A stretch of DNA of 64,000 nt from Xanthobacteraceae bacterium (GTDB lineage Bacteria; Pseudomonadota; Alphaproteobacteria; Rhizobiales; Xanthobacteraceae): contig SHVN01000001.1 in NCBI GenBank assembly GCA_009694215.1, forward strand, positions 32,943 to 96,942, given 5' to 3'. This document shows, one piece after another, positions 19,691 through 29,029 of the stretch; position 1 is the first letter of the stretch; each line of letters starts with the position of its first letter. The notes under the pieces are model-generated. The model had not been told where the DNA came from, made no database searches, and saw only the letters and a program-made list of their open reading frames with translations. The translations under genes were made by a program, and so were the position numbers.

Positions 19691-20568
19691 GCCGTCCCCT
19701 GCTCCACACTCCGGTACTGGTCCTCGATGCGCGCCCATTTTTCGAAGTTGGTGATGTCCTTGAACTCGGCGAAGTTCACGCCGCTGTTGCTCGCGGCCGG
19801 CTTGCCAGTCTTGATGTCCTCAAGCGCGCGCTCGATGGTGCGCGCGACATGAAAGATCAGCGTCGTCGGATAGGCGATCATGTTGAAGCCGAGTGCGTGC
19901 AGCTCCTTTGGCGGCAGCACCGGCGTCTGGCCGCCGCCCTCGACCATGTTGGCGAGCTGCGGCACGCCCTGGAAGGTGAGGCCAACCCGCTCCAGCTCCG
20001 CCACCGTCTGCGGAGCTTCGATGAACAGGCCGTCGGCGCCGGCCTTCAGATAGAGCTCGCCGCGGCGGAGCGCCTCGTCGAGGCCATGCACGGCGCGCGC
20101 GTCGGTGCGCGCGACGATGAAGAAATCCTTGCTGCGCCGCGCGCCCGCGGCGGCCTTGATCTTCGCCACCATCTGCTCGGCCGGGATCACGTCCTTGCCG
20201 GCCATGTGGCCGCAGCGCTTGGGCGCGATCTGGTCCTCCATGAAGATCGAGGACACGCCCATCGCCTCGTAACCCTGAATCGTGTGCGTGACGTTCTTCA
20301 CGTCGCCGTAGCCGGTGTCGCAGTCGACCATCACCGGCAGGCGAGTCGCCGCCATGACGTCGCGGATGCCGGCGCTGATCTCGCCGTAGGCGGCAAGCCC
20401 GATATCGGGGACGGCATAGCGCGCGCCGACCAGCTGATAGCCGCCGATCGCGTAGGCGGAAAAACCCGCGCGCTCGATCAGACGCGCTGACAGAGCGTCA
20501 TAGGCGCAGGGAAGCAGCAGCGGCTGCTCCTGCTTGAGCAGGTCCTTCCAGGTCGGTGGCTTGGGCAT
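19687..20568 (-). CDS. Isocitrate lyase/PEP mutase family protein (methylisocitrate lyase/oxaloacetate hydrolase-like)
   Basis: YDALSARL, DCDTGYG, EDQ..PKRCGH catalytic Cys loop, ARTDA, ANMVEGG.TP. Confidence 0.92.
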   Translation of the reverse strand: MPKPPTWKDLLKQEQPLLLPCAYDALSARLIERAGFSAYAIGGYQLVGARYAVPDIGLAAYGEISAGIRDVMAATRLPVMVDCDTGYGDVKNVTHTIQGYEAMGVSSIFMEDQIAPKRCGHMAGKDVIPAEQMVAKIKAAAGARRSKDFFIVARTDARAVHGLDEALRRGELYLKAGADGLFIEAPQTVAELERVGLTFQGVPQLANMVEGGGQTPVLPPKELHALGFNMIAYPTTLIFHVARTIERALEDIKTGKPAASNSGVNFAEFKDITNFEKWARIEDQYRSVEQGTA

Positions 20569-20625
20569 CCGGCATCCCCCGCGATTTGTACGCAAACAAG
20601 CGTAGCAAGCTTCCGCGCGGGGCGT

Positions 20626-21795
20626 CTACGCGGCGAGGTCGCTCATGATGCTGTAGAGCGCCGCCTGGCCCTCGAAGCCGATGCCGGGGCGGTCGGGCAG
20701 CTTGAGGTAGCCGTTCTCCAGGCGTGCGTCGTCGGCGAAACCCGCGAACGCGCCGAACACGCCGGGATAGGATTCGGCGCCGCCCAATCCGAAGCCGCCG
20801 GCGATGTGCAGGGACATCTGGTTACCGCCGTGCGGGAACAGGCCGGAGCGCGGCCAATTGTGACGCGCCAGCATGTCGAGCGTGCGGGCGTACTGCACGA
20901 TGCCGTAGGCCTGGGGCGGATCGACCTGGATGATGTCGCCGCGCCCGGCCTTGAGCCCGCCGAACCGCACCAGGTTCTCGACGTCCTGCGTGGAAAAGAG
21001 GTTCTCTCCGGTCGACAGCGCGCCATCGTAGGCGCCGGAAACCTCGGCAATGGTCGCGAAATCGAGCGGGTCGCAGGGTTCCTCGTACCAGCGCAACTTG
21101 TAGGGCGACATGGCCCTGGCGTAGGCGAGGGCCTCGTCGCGCCCGAACTTGCAGTTGGCGTCGACCGCCAGCTCGCCGCGATTGCCGACGACAGCCTTTA
21201 CCGCCTCGATGCGGCTCATGTCTTCGGCGAGCGTCATCCCGCCGACCTTCATCTTCACCATGGTGTAGCCGGAATCCAGATGCCGGCGCATCTCGTCCTG
21301 CAAGTCCTTGGTGGTCTTGCCCGGCGCATACCAGCCGCCGCCGACGTAGCAGAACACCTTGTCCATCACCTTGCCGCCGTTGTAGCGCTCGGCCAGGACG
21401 CGATGCAGCGGCTTGCCCTCGATCTTGGCGACCGCGTCCCAGACCGCGACCTCGATGGTGCCGATCCCGACCGAGCGCTCGCTGTGCCCGCCGGACTTCT
21501 CGTTCCGCATCATCACCGCCAGGATTTTTTCCGGGTCGAGATTGTCGCCGTCCTCGTTGATGAGCGATTCGGGCGGCGCTTTGAGGATGCGGGGAATGAA
21601 ACGCGCACGCATCTGCGCGCCGCAGGCATAGCGGCCGGTGGAGTTGAACGCGAAGCCCGCAACAGGCTTGCCTTCGCGCACGACGTCGGTGATGACCGCG
21701 ACCACCGATGTGGTCATCTCGGAGAAATTGAAGCCGGAATTGCTGAGATCGGACTTCAGTGGGATCGCGGTTTCGCGGATGTTGACGATGCGCAT
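20626..21795 (-). CDS. Enolase superfamily (mandelate racemase subgroup), D-tartrate dehydratase TarD-like
   Basis: MTTS.VAV.TDVVREGK, NEK.GGH.ERSV, KMK (KxK), VDAN, WYEE, TGENLFS, PHGG.QMSL, ESYP: closely follows the Bradyrhizobium TarD pattern, with substitutions. Confidence 0.85.
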   Translation of the reverse strand: MRIVNIRETAIPLKSDLSNSGFNFSEMTTSVVAVITDVVREGKPVAGFAFNSTGRYACGAQMRARFIPRILKAPPESLINEDGDNLDPEKILAVMMRNEKSGGHSERSVGIGTIEVAVWDAVAKIEGKPLHRVLAERYNGGKVMDKVFCYVGGGWYAPGKTTKDLQDEMRRHLDSGYTMVKMKVGGMTLAEDMSRIEAVKAVVGNRGELAVDANCKFGRDEALAYARAMSPYKLRWYEEPCDPLDFATIAEVSGAYDGALSTGENLFSTQDVENLVRFGGLKAGRGDIIQVDPPQAYGIVQYARTLDMLARHNWPRSGLFPHGGNQMSLHIAGGFGLGGAESYPGVFGAFAGFADDARLENGYLKLPDRPGIGFEGQAALYSIMSDLAA

Positions 21796-21801
21796 GGATT
21801 A

Positions 21802-22785
21802 TCACTGCACCTTGATGTTCGCGTCCTTGATCACCTTGCCCCACTTGGCGATCTCGTCCTTGATCTGCTGGGCGAACTGCTCCTGCGTGTTGCAGATGAT
21901 CTCCAGGCCAAGCTGCTCCATCTTGGCGGTTACGTCGGGCGACTTGGTCGCCTTGACGACCTCCTGCTGGATGTAGCCGGCGAGATCCTTCGGCACGCCG
22001 GCCGGCGCCAGCACGGCCTGGAACGTGTCGGCCTCCTGGTTGGGAATGCCGGCTTCGGCGAGCGTCGGCACGTCGGGTAGCACTGCGACGCGCGTCTTGT
22101 TCGCAACCGCGAGCGCGCGGAGCTTGCCGTCCTTGATGAACGGCACCGCCGGCGGCAGTGAGGTGAAGGCGAGCGGCGTGTGGCCCGCGAGGATCGACTG
22201 GATCGCAGGGCCGGCGCCGCCGAACGGCACATGCACCGTGTCGAGTTTGAACGTGAGCTTGAACAGCTCGCCGGACAGATGCGGCGTCGTTCCGGTGCCG
22301 GCAGAAGCGAAGGTGTATTTGCCGGGGTTCTTCAGGACGTGATCGGCAAGCTCTTTCGGAGTCTTGACCGGCAGCACCTCCGGATTGACCAGCAGCACGT
22401 TCGCGGCCGTCGCCGCCACCGTCAGCGGGATGAAGTCCTTGTAAGGGTCATAAGGCACCTTCGGGTAGAGGCTCGGGTTCACCACGTAGCTCGAAGACAC
22501 GAACAGAATGGTGTAGCCGTCGGGCAGGGACTTGGCGGCATTGCCCATGCCGAGGTTGCCGCCCGCGCCGGCCTGGTTTTCGATGTAGAACTGCTGCTTC
22601 AAATTGTCCGACATCTTCTGCGCGATCAGTCGTGCCGCGATGTCGGTCGGGCCGGCTGGTGCAAACGGCACGATGATCTTCACCGGCTTGTTCGGCCATC
22701 CGCCCGGTCCGGGGCCTTGCGCGAAAGCGGGACCGGCAAGCAGCATCGTGACGCTGACTGCCAGCGCCTTGGCAAACAACTTCAT
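21802..22785 (-). CDS. Bug/TctC substrate-binding protein
   Basis: Start MKLFAKAL; WPNKPVKIIVPFAPAGPTD, ENQAGAGG, FASAG.GT. Confidence 0.92.
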   Translation of the reverse strand: MKLFAKALAVSVTMLLAGPAFAQGPGPGGWPNKPVKIIVPFAPAGPTDIAARLIAQKMSDNLKQQFYIENQAGAGGNLGMGNAAKSLPDGYTILFVSSSYVVNPSLYPKVPYDPYKDFIPLTVAATAANVLLVNPEVLPVKTPKELADHVLKNPGKYTFASAGTGTTPHLSGELFKLTFKLDTVHVPFGGAGPAIQSILAGHTPLAFTSLPPAVPFIKDGKLRALAVANKTRVAVLPDVPTLAEAGIPNQEADTFQAVLAPAGVPKDLAGYIQQEVVKATKSPDVTAKMEQLGLEIICNTQEQFAQQIKDEIAKWGKVIKDANIKVQ

Positions 22786-22835
22786 TCCATTGTCTCCTTG
22801 AGTTGAATTTTCAGCGGCCGGACGCACCGCGTGCC

Positions 22836-23801
22836 TTATATCCTGGGAACATTGGCGACCTCGATCACCCGCTTCCACTTGGCGATGTCGGCCTTGACGT
22901 AGGCCGCGAAGCTTTCCGGCGTGTCGCCCTCGGGCACGATGCCGAGTTCCAGCAGCCGCGCCCTGATGTCGGGCGATTTGACCACGGCGGAGATTTCTTG
23001 TTGCAGCTTGTCGACAATGGCCTTGGGCGTGCCGGCCGGCACGAACACGCCGGCGATGGTCTCGGCTTCTTGTCCCTTGATGCCCAGTTCATCCAGCGTC
23101 GGGATGTTGGGCAGGGTCTCCAGCCGCTTCTTGTCGGTGATGCCGAGCGCGCGGATTTTCCCGTCCTTGATCAGTTCGACCGAATTGCCGATCGCGCCGC
23201 ACGAGATCGGTACATGGCCGCCGAGCAGCGATTGGGTCATCGGCCCGCCGCCGGCAAACGGCACGGTGACGAAATCGACCTTGAGGTCGTACTTGAGCTG
23301 CTCGATCGACAGCGAAGGCGTCGTACCGGCGCCGGGCGAGCCGACGCTGTACTTGCCGGGGTCTTTCTTCATCAGATCGACCAGCTCTTTCATGTTGTTG
23401 GCCGGGAAGCTCGGGTTGACCAGCCACGAGTTCGGCGAGCCGCCGGCCTTGGTGACCGGGATCAGGTCCTTCTCCACGTCGAACGGCATCTTCTGATAGA
23501 GGCTCGGGTTCACCGTGACGCTCGATGAGGACAGCAGGATCGTGTAGCCGTCGCCCGGTGCGCGCGCGACCTGCGCCATGCCGAGATTGCCGCCGGCGCC
23601 GCCGATGTTCTCGATGTAGAACTGCTGCCCAAGCCTTTCCGACAGCCGCTGCGCGATCAGCCGGCCGCCGAGATCGGTCACGCCCCCCGCCGGGAACGGG
23701 ATGATGATCTTCACCGGCTTGCTTGGGTACTGCTGACCGAATGCGGAACCGGAAATGAGACACGCCGCGGCGAGCGCAACGGCACGCATAATCGTCGTCA
23801 T
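22836..23801 (-). CDS. Bug/TctC substrate-binding protein
   Basis: Start MTTIMRAV; YPSKPVKIIIPFPAGG.TD, ENIGGAGG. Confidence 0.92.
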   Translation of the reverse strand: MTTIMRAVALAAACLISGSAFGQQYPSKPVKIIIPFPAGGVTDLGGRLIAQRLSERLGQQFYIENIGGAGGNLGMAQVARAPGDGYTILLSSSSVTVNPSLYQKMPFDVEKDLIPVTKAGGSPNSWLVNPSFPANNMKELVDLMKKDPGKYSVGSPGAGTTPSLSIEQLKYDLKVDFVTVPFAGGGPMTQSLLGGHVPISCGAIGNSVELIKDGKIRALGITDKKRLETLPNIPTLDELGIKGQEAETIAGVFVPAGTPKAIVDKLQQEISAVVKSPDIRARLLELGIVPEGDTPESFAAYVKADIAKWKRVIEVANVPRI

Positions 23802-23912
23802 CGGACTTGCTCCCTCTATCGCTTTCTCAGGTTGTGCTTGATATTGGCGCCGCCACGGACGCTGCGGTCCGGTCATGAACCGACCTCTTCACGCCAAGCC
23901 TGAGGGATAATC

Positions 23913-25043
23913 GTGCGGAATGCAAACCCATCGTTACCGCAGCGGAGCCTGCTCGCGGGCGGCAACGCGCTGAAGATCGGGCTGTTCGGGGCCAACTGTT
24001 CCTCGGGCCGGGCGGTGACCAAGGTGCCGGAGCGCTGGTCCGGCACCTGGCCCGACAATCTTCGATTGGCGAAAATGGCTGACGAGGCCGGCATCGACTT
24101 TCTGCTGCCGATCGGCCGCTGGAAGGGTTACGGCGGCGACACCGGCTATCAAGAGGCGACGCTGGAAACCGTCACCTGGGCCACCGGCCTTCTGGCGGCG
24201 ACCAAGCGTATCACCGTGTTCGGCACGGTGCACGCGCCGCTGTTTCATCCCATCATCGCCGCGAAGCAGATGGTCACCGCCGATCACGTCGGCAAAGGCC
24301 GCTTCGGGCTCAACATCGTGGTCGGCTGGAACGAGGGCGAGTTCGAGATGTTCGGCGTCGAGCAGCGCGCCCACGCCACGCGGTACGAATACGCGCAGGA
24401 ATGGATCGATGCCATCAAGCTGATGTGGTCGGAGCGCGAGGATTTCGATTACGACGGCCGGTTCATCAAGCTGAAAAACGTGCGCGCCAAGCCGAAGCCC
24501 TATGGCGGAACCCGGCCTGTCATCATGAACGCCGGCGCATCGCCGGTCGGCCGCGCCTTCGCCGTCCGCAACTGCGATGCGTTCTTCATGCAGTCGTCGC
24601 GGGTGTCGGTCGAGGAGACCGCGCAGCGCGTGGCCGCCGCCAAGGCGGACGCCGTGGCGCAGGGGTGCGCGATCGACGTGTTCACAGTAGGCGTCATCAC
24701 TTGCCGGCAGACGATGAAGGAGGCCGAGGAGTATCACCACCATGTCGTGGTCGATCAGGCCGACTGGGCCGCGGTCGACCAGATGCTGGGGCTGCGCAAG
24801 ATCACGCCGCAGACCGTGCCGATGGAGGAGTTCATGCGCCAGCGCGGGCAAATGGCGCATGGCAACAGCGGCGTGCCGATCGTCGGCGATCCCGATCACA
24901 TCGCGCGGCAGTTGATAGGTCTCAGCCGCGCGGGGCTGACGGGAATTGCCGTGTCGCTGGTCAACTACGCCGACGAGCTGCCGTACTTTCGCGATGAGGT
25001 GCTGCCGCAATTGGAGAAGGCCGGGCTGCGGTTACCGGCATAG
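23913..25043 (+). CDS. LLM class flavin-dependent monooxygenase (RutA/SfnG-like subgroup)
   Basis: GLFGANCSSG, FLLPIGRWKGYGG, GTVH.PL.HP..AAKQ..T.DH...GRFGLNIV.GWN, MNAG.S..GR.FA. Confidence 0.9.
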   Translation: MRNANPSLPQRSLLAGGNALKIGLFGANCSSGRAVTKVPERWSGTWPDNLRLAKMADEAGIDFLLPIGRWKGYGGDTGYQEATLETVTWATGLLAATKRITVFGTVHAPLFHPIIAAKQMVTADHVGKGRFGLNIVVGWNEGEFEMFGVEQRAHATRYEYAQEWIDAIKLMWSEREDFDYDGRFIKLKNVRAKPKPYGGTRPVIMNAGASPVGRAFAVRNCDAFFMQSSRVSVEETAQRVAAAKADAVAQGCAIDVFTVGVITCRQTMKEAEEYHHHVVVDQADWAAVDQMLGLRKITPQTVPMEEFMRQRGQMAHGNSGVPIVGDPDHIARQLIGLSRAGLTGIAVSLVNYADELPYFRDEVLPQLEKAGLRLPA

Positions 25044-25052
25044 CAACAGATT

Positions 25053-25180
25053 CGTGTCCCGGGCGCAGCGCAGTACGAAGTGATGCGCTGCAGACCCGGG
25101 ACCCCGGTTGTTTCCAGCAAGGAACCGGGGTCCCGCATCTGCGGTGCACCGCTAACGCGCTGCACCGCGTGCGGGACACG
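25053..25180. repeat. Composite palindromic intergenic repeat (family B; CGTGTCCCG...CGGGACACG)
   Basis: Terminal inverted repeats CGTGTCCC/GGGACACG with internal stems GCAGCGCA/TGCGCTGC, GGGACCCCGGTT/AACCGGGGTCCC and GCGGTGCA/TGCACCGC, between convergent genes. Confidence 0.8.
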
Positions 25181-25191
25181 CGCGGCCTACC

Positions 25192-26163
25192 TCACTCGAT
25201 CTTGATGCCGGCGTCGCGGATGACCTTGCCCCATTTCTCGTCCTCCGCCTTGAGGAAGGCGGTGAACTCCGCGGGCGTGTCGGCGACCGGCGCGAACCCG
25301 ATGTTGGCGAGCTTCTGCTTGACGTCGGGCGTGGCGATGAGCTGCACGACCTTGCGGTGCAGGAGATCGACGATTGCCGCTGGCGTGCCGGCCGGAACGA
25401 AAATCCCGATTGGCGTTTCGCCGGTCTGGCCGGGATAGCCGGCCTCGGCCATGGTCGGCACGTCCGGCAGGCTTTCATGACGCTTGTCGGCGGTGACCGC
25501 CAAGGCGCGCAGCCGGCCGGCCTGGATATGTGCCGTCGCCGGCGGCAGCGAGGAGAACGCGACCGGCGTGTGCCCGGCGACCACCGACTGGATCATCGGT
25601 CCGCCGCCGCCGAACGGGATCGAGGTGAGATTGAGGTCCTGCTTCATCCGGAAGAACTCGCCATAGAGGTTCGACGGCGTGCCGAGCCCCGGATGCGCAT
25701 AGCCGTTGTACCGGTCGCCGCCGGCCCGCATCAGCTCGACCAGCTCCTTCATCGTGTTGGCCGGCACGGTCGGGTGCACGACCACGACGTTGGGCGTCGT
25801 CGCGATGCGCGTCACGGCGATCAGGTCCTTGAAGGGATCGTAGGGCAGCGACTTGTAGAGGCTGCGGTTGGTGACCGTGGCCTGGCTGTTGACGATCAGC
25901 GAATAGCCGTCGGCCGGCGCGCGTGCGCCAAGCCCGACGCCGAGATTGCCGCCGGCGCCGGCGTGGTTCTCGATATAGAACTGCTTGCCCAGGTCTTCGG
26001 ACAGCTTCTGCGCCATCACCCGCGCAATGAGGTCGGCCGGGCCGCCCGGCGGGAACGGCACTATCATCCGCACCGGCTTGTTCGGATAGGCGTCCTGGGC
26101 GCCGGCCGATCCGGTCAGCAGCAGCGACGCGGCGATCAGAGCAACGAGACGGAGCGGCACCAT
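25192..26163 (-). CDS. Bug/TctC substrate-binding protein
   Basis: Start MVPLRLV; YPNKPVRMIVPFPPGGPAD, ENHAGAGG. Confidence 0.92.
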   Translation of the reverse strand: MVPLRLVALIAASLLLTGSAGAQDAYPNKPVRMIVPFPPGGPADLIARVMAQKLSEDLGKQFYIENHAGAGGNLGVGLGARAPADGYSLIVNSQATVTNRSLYKSLPYDPFKDLIAVTRIATTPNVVVVHPTVPANTMKELVELMRAGGDRYNGYAHPGLGTPSNLYGEFFRMKQDLNLTSIPFGGGGPMIQSVVAGHTPVAFSSLPPATAHIQAGRLRALAVTADKRHESLPDVPTMAEAGYPGQTGETPIGIFVPAGTPAAIVDLLHRKVVQLIATPDVKQKLANIGFAPVADTPAEFTAFLKAEDEKWGKVIRDAGIKIE

Positions 26164-26281
26164 GTTTTCCCCTGAGCTTTTGTTGCTGCTATCATCGGCC
26201 TTGCCCGAGCGGCAGTAAACTCCCAATCGGCGGCCATGCGGCCGCACTCCAAAGAACGCCATTCAAGCTAGAGGAAACGTC

Positions 26282-27250
26282 ATGGCCAAGAAATACACGC
26301 GTCAGGATCTTCGCGATGCCGCCGAGAAGTACAAGAACTGGGGCAAGTGGGGTCCGAACGACGAGATTGGCACGCTCAATTTCACGTCGGCCGAAGACAT
26401 TGTCGCCGCCACGCGCCTGGTGAAGAAGGGCAAGGTCATCTCGCTCGCGCTCAACTTCGATCACCTCGGCCCGCAGGGCGCCAAGAGCAAATATCCGGCG
26501 ATGGGCCGCATCAATCCCGTGCACACCATGCTGCGCACCGGCACCGACGCCTATTCCGGCGTGCTCGACAAGCGCGGTATCCGCGCCGCCGATGACATGG
26601 TGGTGATGCCGCTGCAATGCGGCACGCAATGGGACGGGCTCGGCCACATCTTCTATGAGAACTATATGTGGAACGGCTACGACTGCCGCGAGGTGACCTC
26701 GGCGGGCGCGCAGAAGTGCGGCATCGAGAAGACTAAGGCGAAGATGGTCGGCCGCGGCGTGTTCCTCGACGTCGCGCGCTTCAAGGGCGTCGACTCGCTG
26801 GAAGACGGCTATGGCATCACCTGTCAGGACCTCGACGAGACCGCGAAGAAGCAGGGCGTCGCCATGAAGCGCGGCGACTTCGTCATCGTCCGCACCGGCC
26901 AGATGGAGAAATGCCAGAAGATCGGAAGCTGGGACGGCTATCCGGGCGGCGACGCGCCGGGCTTCGCCTTCGAGACGTTGGAGTGGATCAAGCGCACTGA
27001 ATTGGCTGCGCTCGCGAGCGACACCTGGGGCTGCGAGGTGCGTCCGAACGAGAGCGAAGAGGGTATCAACCAGCCCTGGCACTGGATCACGATCCCGATC
27101 ATGGGCATGACCATGGGCGAGATTTTCGAATTGAAGGAACTGGGCGAGGACTGCGCCGCCGACAAGACCTACGAGTTCCTGTTCGTCGCGCCGGCGATTC
27201 CGATCACCGGCGGCGTCGGCTCGCCGGTCAATCCGCTGGCGATCAAATAG
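26282..27250 (+). CDS. Cyclase family (kynurenine formamidase-like) metal-dependent hydrolase
   Basis: NWGKWG..DEIGTLN, QCGTQWDGLGH (HxGTHxD variant), GRGV.LD, RTG, GE.F.L.EL..DC, GSP.NP. Confidence 0.9.
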   Translation: MAKKYTRQDLRDAAEKYKNWGKWGPNDEIGTLNFTSAEDIVAATRLVKKGKVISLALNFDHLGPQGAKSKYPAMGRINPVHTMLRTGTDAYSGVLDKRGIRAADDMVVMPLQCGTQWDGLGHIFYENYMWNGYDCREVTSAGAQKCGIEKTKAKMVGRGVFLDVARFKGVDSLEDGYGITCQDLDETAKKQGVAMKRGDFVIVRTGQMEKCQKIGSWDGYPGGDAPGFAFETLEWIKRTELAALASDTWGCEVRPNESEEGINQPWHWITIPIMGMTMGEIFELKELGEDCAADKTYEFLFVAPAIPITGGVGSPVNPLAIK

Positions 27251-27304
27251 GACACTCAGCTTTCGCGGCTTAGCTGATGCGACTGGAGGTTGCCACACAC
27301 TCAG

Positions 27305-27421
27305 CGTCATGCCCGGGCTTGACCCGGGCATCCATGAAGCGGTGCGCCGGACTATAGCCTCACGTAGGGCTGCCTTCGGCGAACGGCCTCATGGATCGCC
27401 GGGTCAAGCCCGGCGATGACG
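27305..27421. repeat. CGTC/GTCATG-type REP-like palindromic repeat (family A, copy 2)
   Basis: CGTCATGCCCGGGCTTGACCCGGGCATCCATGA...TCATGGATCGCCGGGTCAAGCCCGGCGATGACG. Confidence 0.85.
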
Positions 27422-27507
27422 GCGGAGTGTTGCGCGCGGTCCGTTCCGAACGGAATCGTGTGTTTTGCTGAGCAAAACGAACTTATCCCCGCTCGAAAAA
27501 CCTCCGT

Positions 27508-27576
27508 TATTATTTCCGCGTCCTGCTCATCGAGGGCGTCGTCTTAAGCGGCGTCGGATGACGGAGCAGGGGGCGG
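27508..27576 (+). ncRNA. Candidate structured RNA / repeat 5' hairpin downstream of a -10-like box
   Basis: TATTAT at 27508-27513, then outer stem 27516-27528/27564-27576 and inner stem GGCGUCGU/GCGGCGUC (3 G-U pairs) closing a CUUAA loop. Confidence 0.3.
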
Positions 27577-27625
27577 TGCCCGACAACGGCATCGCGTTGG
27601 AGCGCCGGCGCGCTTATGCATCTTA

Positions 27626-27960
27626 GAGTCGGTTTCGAAAGTCATGAAGCCCGGGCGATGCGCCGTACGAGGAGCATGACGGAAGCCGCGTATAGGAAGG
27701 CGCGTGCGGAGTCGATGGTAGCCTCGAAGTCCTTTGCCAATCGCCGATTGCGCCCGATCCAGGCAAAGAACCGTCCGACGACCCAGCGTCGCGGCTGAAC
27801 GGCGAAGCCGATCTGATCGGGGTTCTTGCGCACGATCTCGACCGCGATTAATGTCGCCGTGGCAACTTTCTCACCTGCATAACCGCCGTCGGCGAAGACC
27901 CGCTGGATGAACGGAAAGACGCGGCGCGAGGCGCGCAGAAGTGGTCCACCGCCGTCGCGA
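27626..27960 (-). mobile_element. IS5-family (IS1031-group) remnant: transposase 3' end plus terminal inverted repeat
   Basis: RDGG..LL..SR..FPFI..VFADGGYAG...VEIVRK...GF.VQPRRWVV.RFFAWI.RNRRLAKDFE (DDE Glu appears as Gly); end GAGTCGGTTTCGAAA preceded by TTA at 27623-27625; 5' part absent. Confidence 0.85.
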
Positions 27961-28013
27961 GTGCGGCGGAGTATCCGACCAAGACGATCAGGATATTGGT
28001 GCCGTATCCAGCC
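27960..28013 (+). pseudogene. Tiny N-terminal fragment of a Bug/TctC gene
   Basis: Reads SAAEYPTKTIRILVPYPA, the canonical Bug mature N-terminus, fused directly to the IS5 truncation point. Confidence 0.6.
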
Positions 28014-28118
28014 AGGCTTCCGTGTGCCCCCGCAGAATGGTAACGTGTACGCTAATCGGCGGTCCGTTCGAACTTTGATCTTGCGCCTCTGTGTGGCTAT
28101 CATCGTGAGGATTTCAAC

Positions 28119-28982
28119 ATGAATGTAGCGACCAAAGCACGCCTCGATGTTGTTCAGCTGTCGCCGCACATCGGCGCGGAGATCCGACATCTTGACCTTC
28201 GCGAAACGCGCGACCCGAGCACCGTTGAAGCCATCCATCAAGCCTGGCTTGAGCACACGGTTATCCTGTTTCGTAACCAAGAACTTTCTCAAGAGGATCT
28301 GTTGCGTGTAACGGGCTATTTCGGCGAAGTCGGAAAGCTCTCTAGGCCTCCCGAATTCTTTCCAAAGGGCTATTCGAGACTCTTGCCTAACATCATGATG
28401 ATTTCGAATATTCGCGAAAATGGAGAAACCATCGGTGCGCTGCCAGATGGCGAGATGATGTATCATCACGACATGATTCACGCAGCAATCCCGCACTACG
28501 CCACGCTTCTCTATTCAATGGAGATCCCGTCCTATGGAGGGGATACGCTATTTGCCAGCGGCTATGCAGCATATGAGAAACTGGATCCAGCAATCAGGAC
28601 GAAGCTTGAAGGGCGAAATGCAGTTCACCACTACAACTACGGCTCGACTCAAAGAGGCGACAATCGTGGCGTCGCAGCCCATGGCGAGTCGGTTCATCCG
28701 GTCTTCCGAACCCATGACGAGACCGGTCGGAAAGCGATTTACGTCAATCGCCTAATGACCGCCGGCATTGTCGATATGCCGCCAGAAGAAAGCGAGCCGT
28801 TGCTCAACGCCGTGTTTGACCATTCTGAGAAGCCGGAGTTCGTATACGCCCATGTTTGGCGCAAGGGAGACCTGCTTATCTGGGACAACCGTTGCTCAAT
28901 GCACGCGCGCACGGATTTTCCTGCTGACCAGCGGCGCTTGATGCTCCGCACCACCATCAAGGGCAACGAACGGCCGCGTTGA
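28119..28982 (+). CDS. TauD/TfdA family Fe(II)/2-oxoglutarate dioxygenase
   Basis: IGAEI...DL, YHHD (HxD), GGDTLFAS, HPV.RTH.ETGRKAIYVN, W..GD..IWDNR..MHAR; many A/T-ending codons. Confidence 0.92.
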   Translation: MNVATKARLDVVQLSPHIGAEIRHLDLRETRDPSTVEAIHQAWLEHTVILFRNQELSQEDLLRVTGYFGEVGKLSRPPEFFPKGYSRLLPNIMMISNIRENGETIGALPDGEMMYHHDMIHAAIPHYATLLYSMEIPSYGGDTLFASGYAAYEKLDPAIRTKLEGRNAVHHYNYGSTQRGDNRGVAAHGESVHPVFRTHDETGRKAIYVNRLMTAGIVDMPPEESEPLLNAVFDHSEKPEFVYAHVWRKGDLLIWDNRCSMHARTDFPADQRRLMLRTTIKGNERPR

Positions 28983-29029
28983 CAACAGCTTGCGGTGTTT
29001 TTGGTTCGCTGAACCTTACGGAGTTCGTC

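Noticed and set aside
27642-28496. 284-aa ORF as a full transposase
   Set aside because: Only the last ~105 aa are IS5 transposase; the rest is antisense to tauD and the Bug stump.
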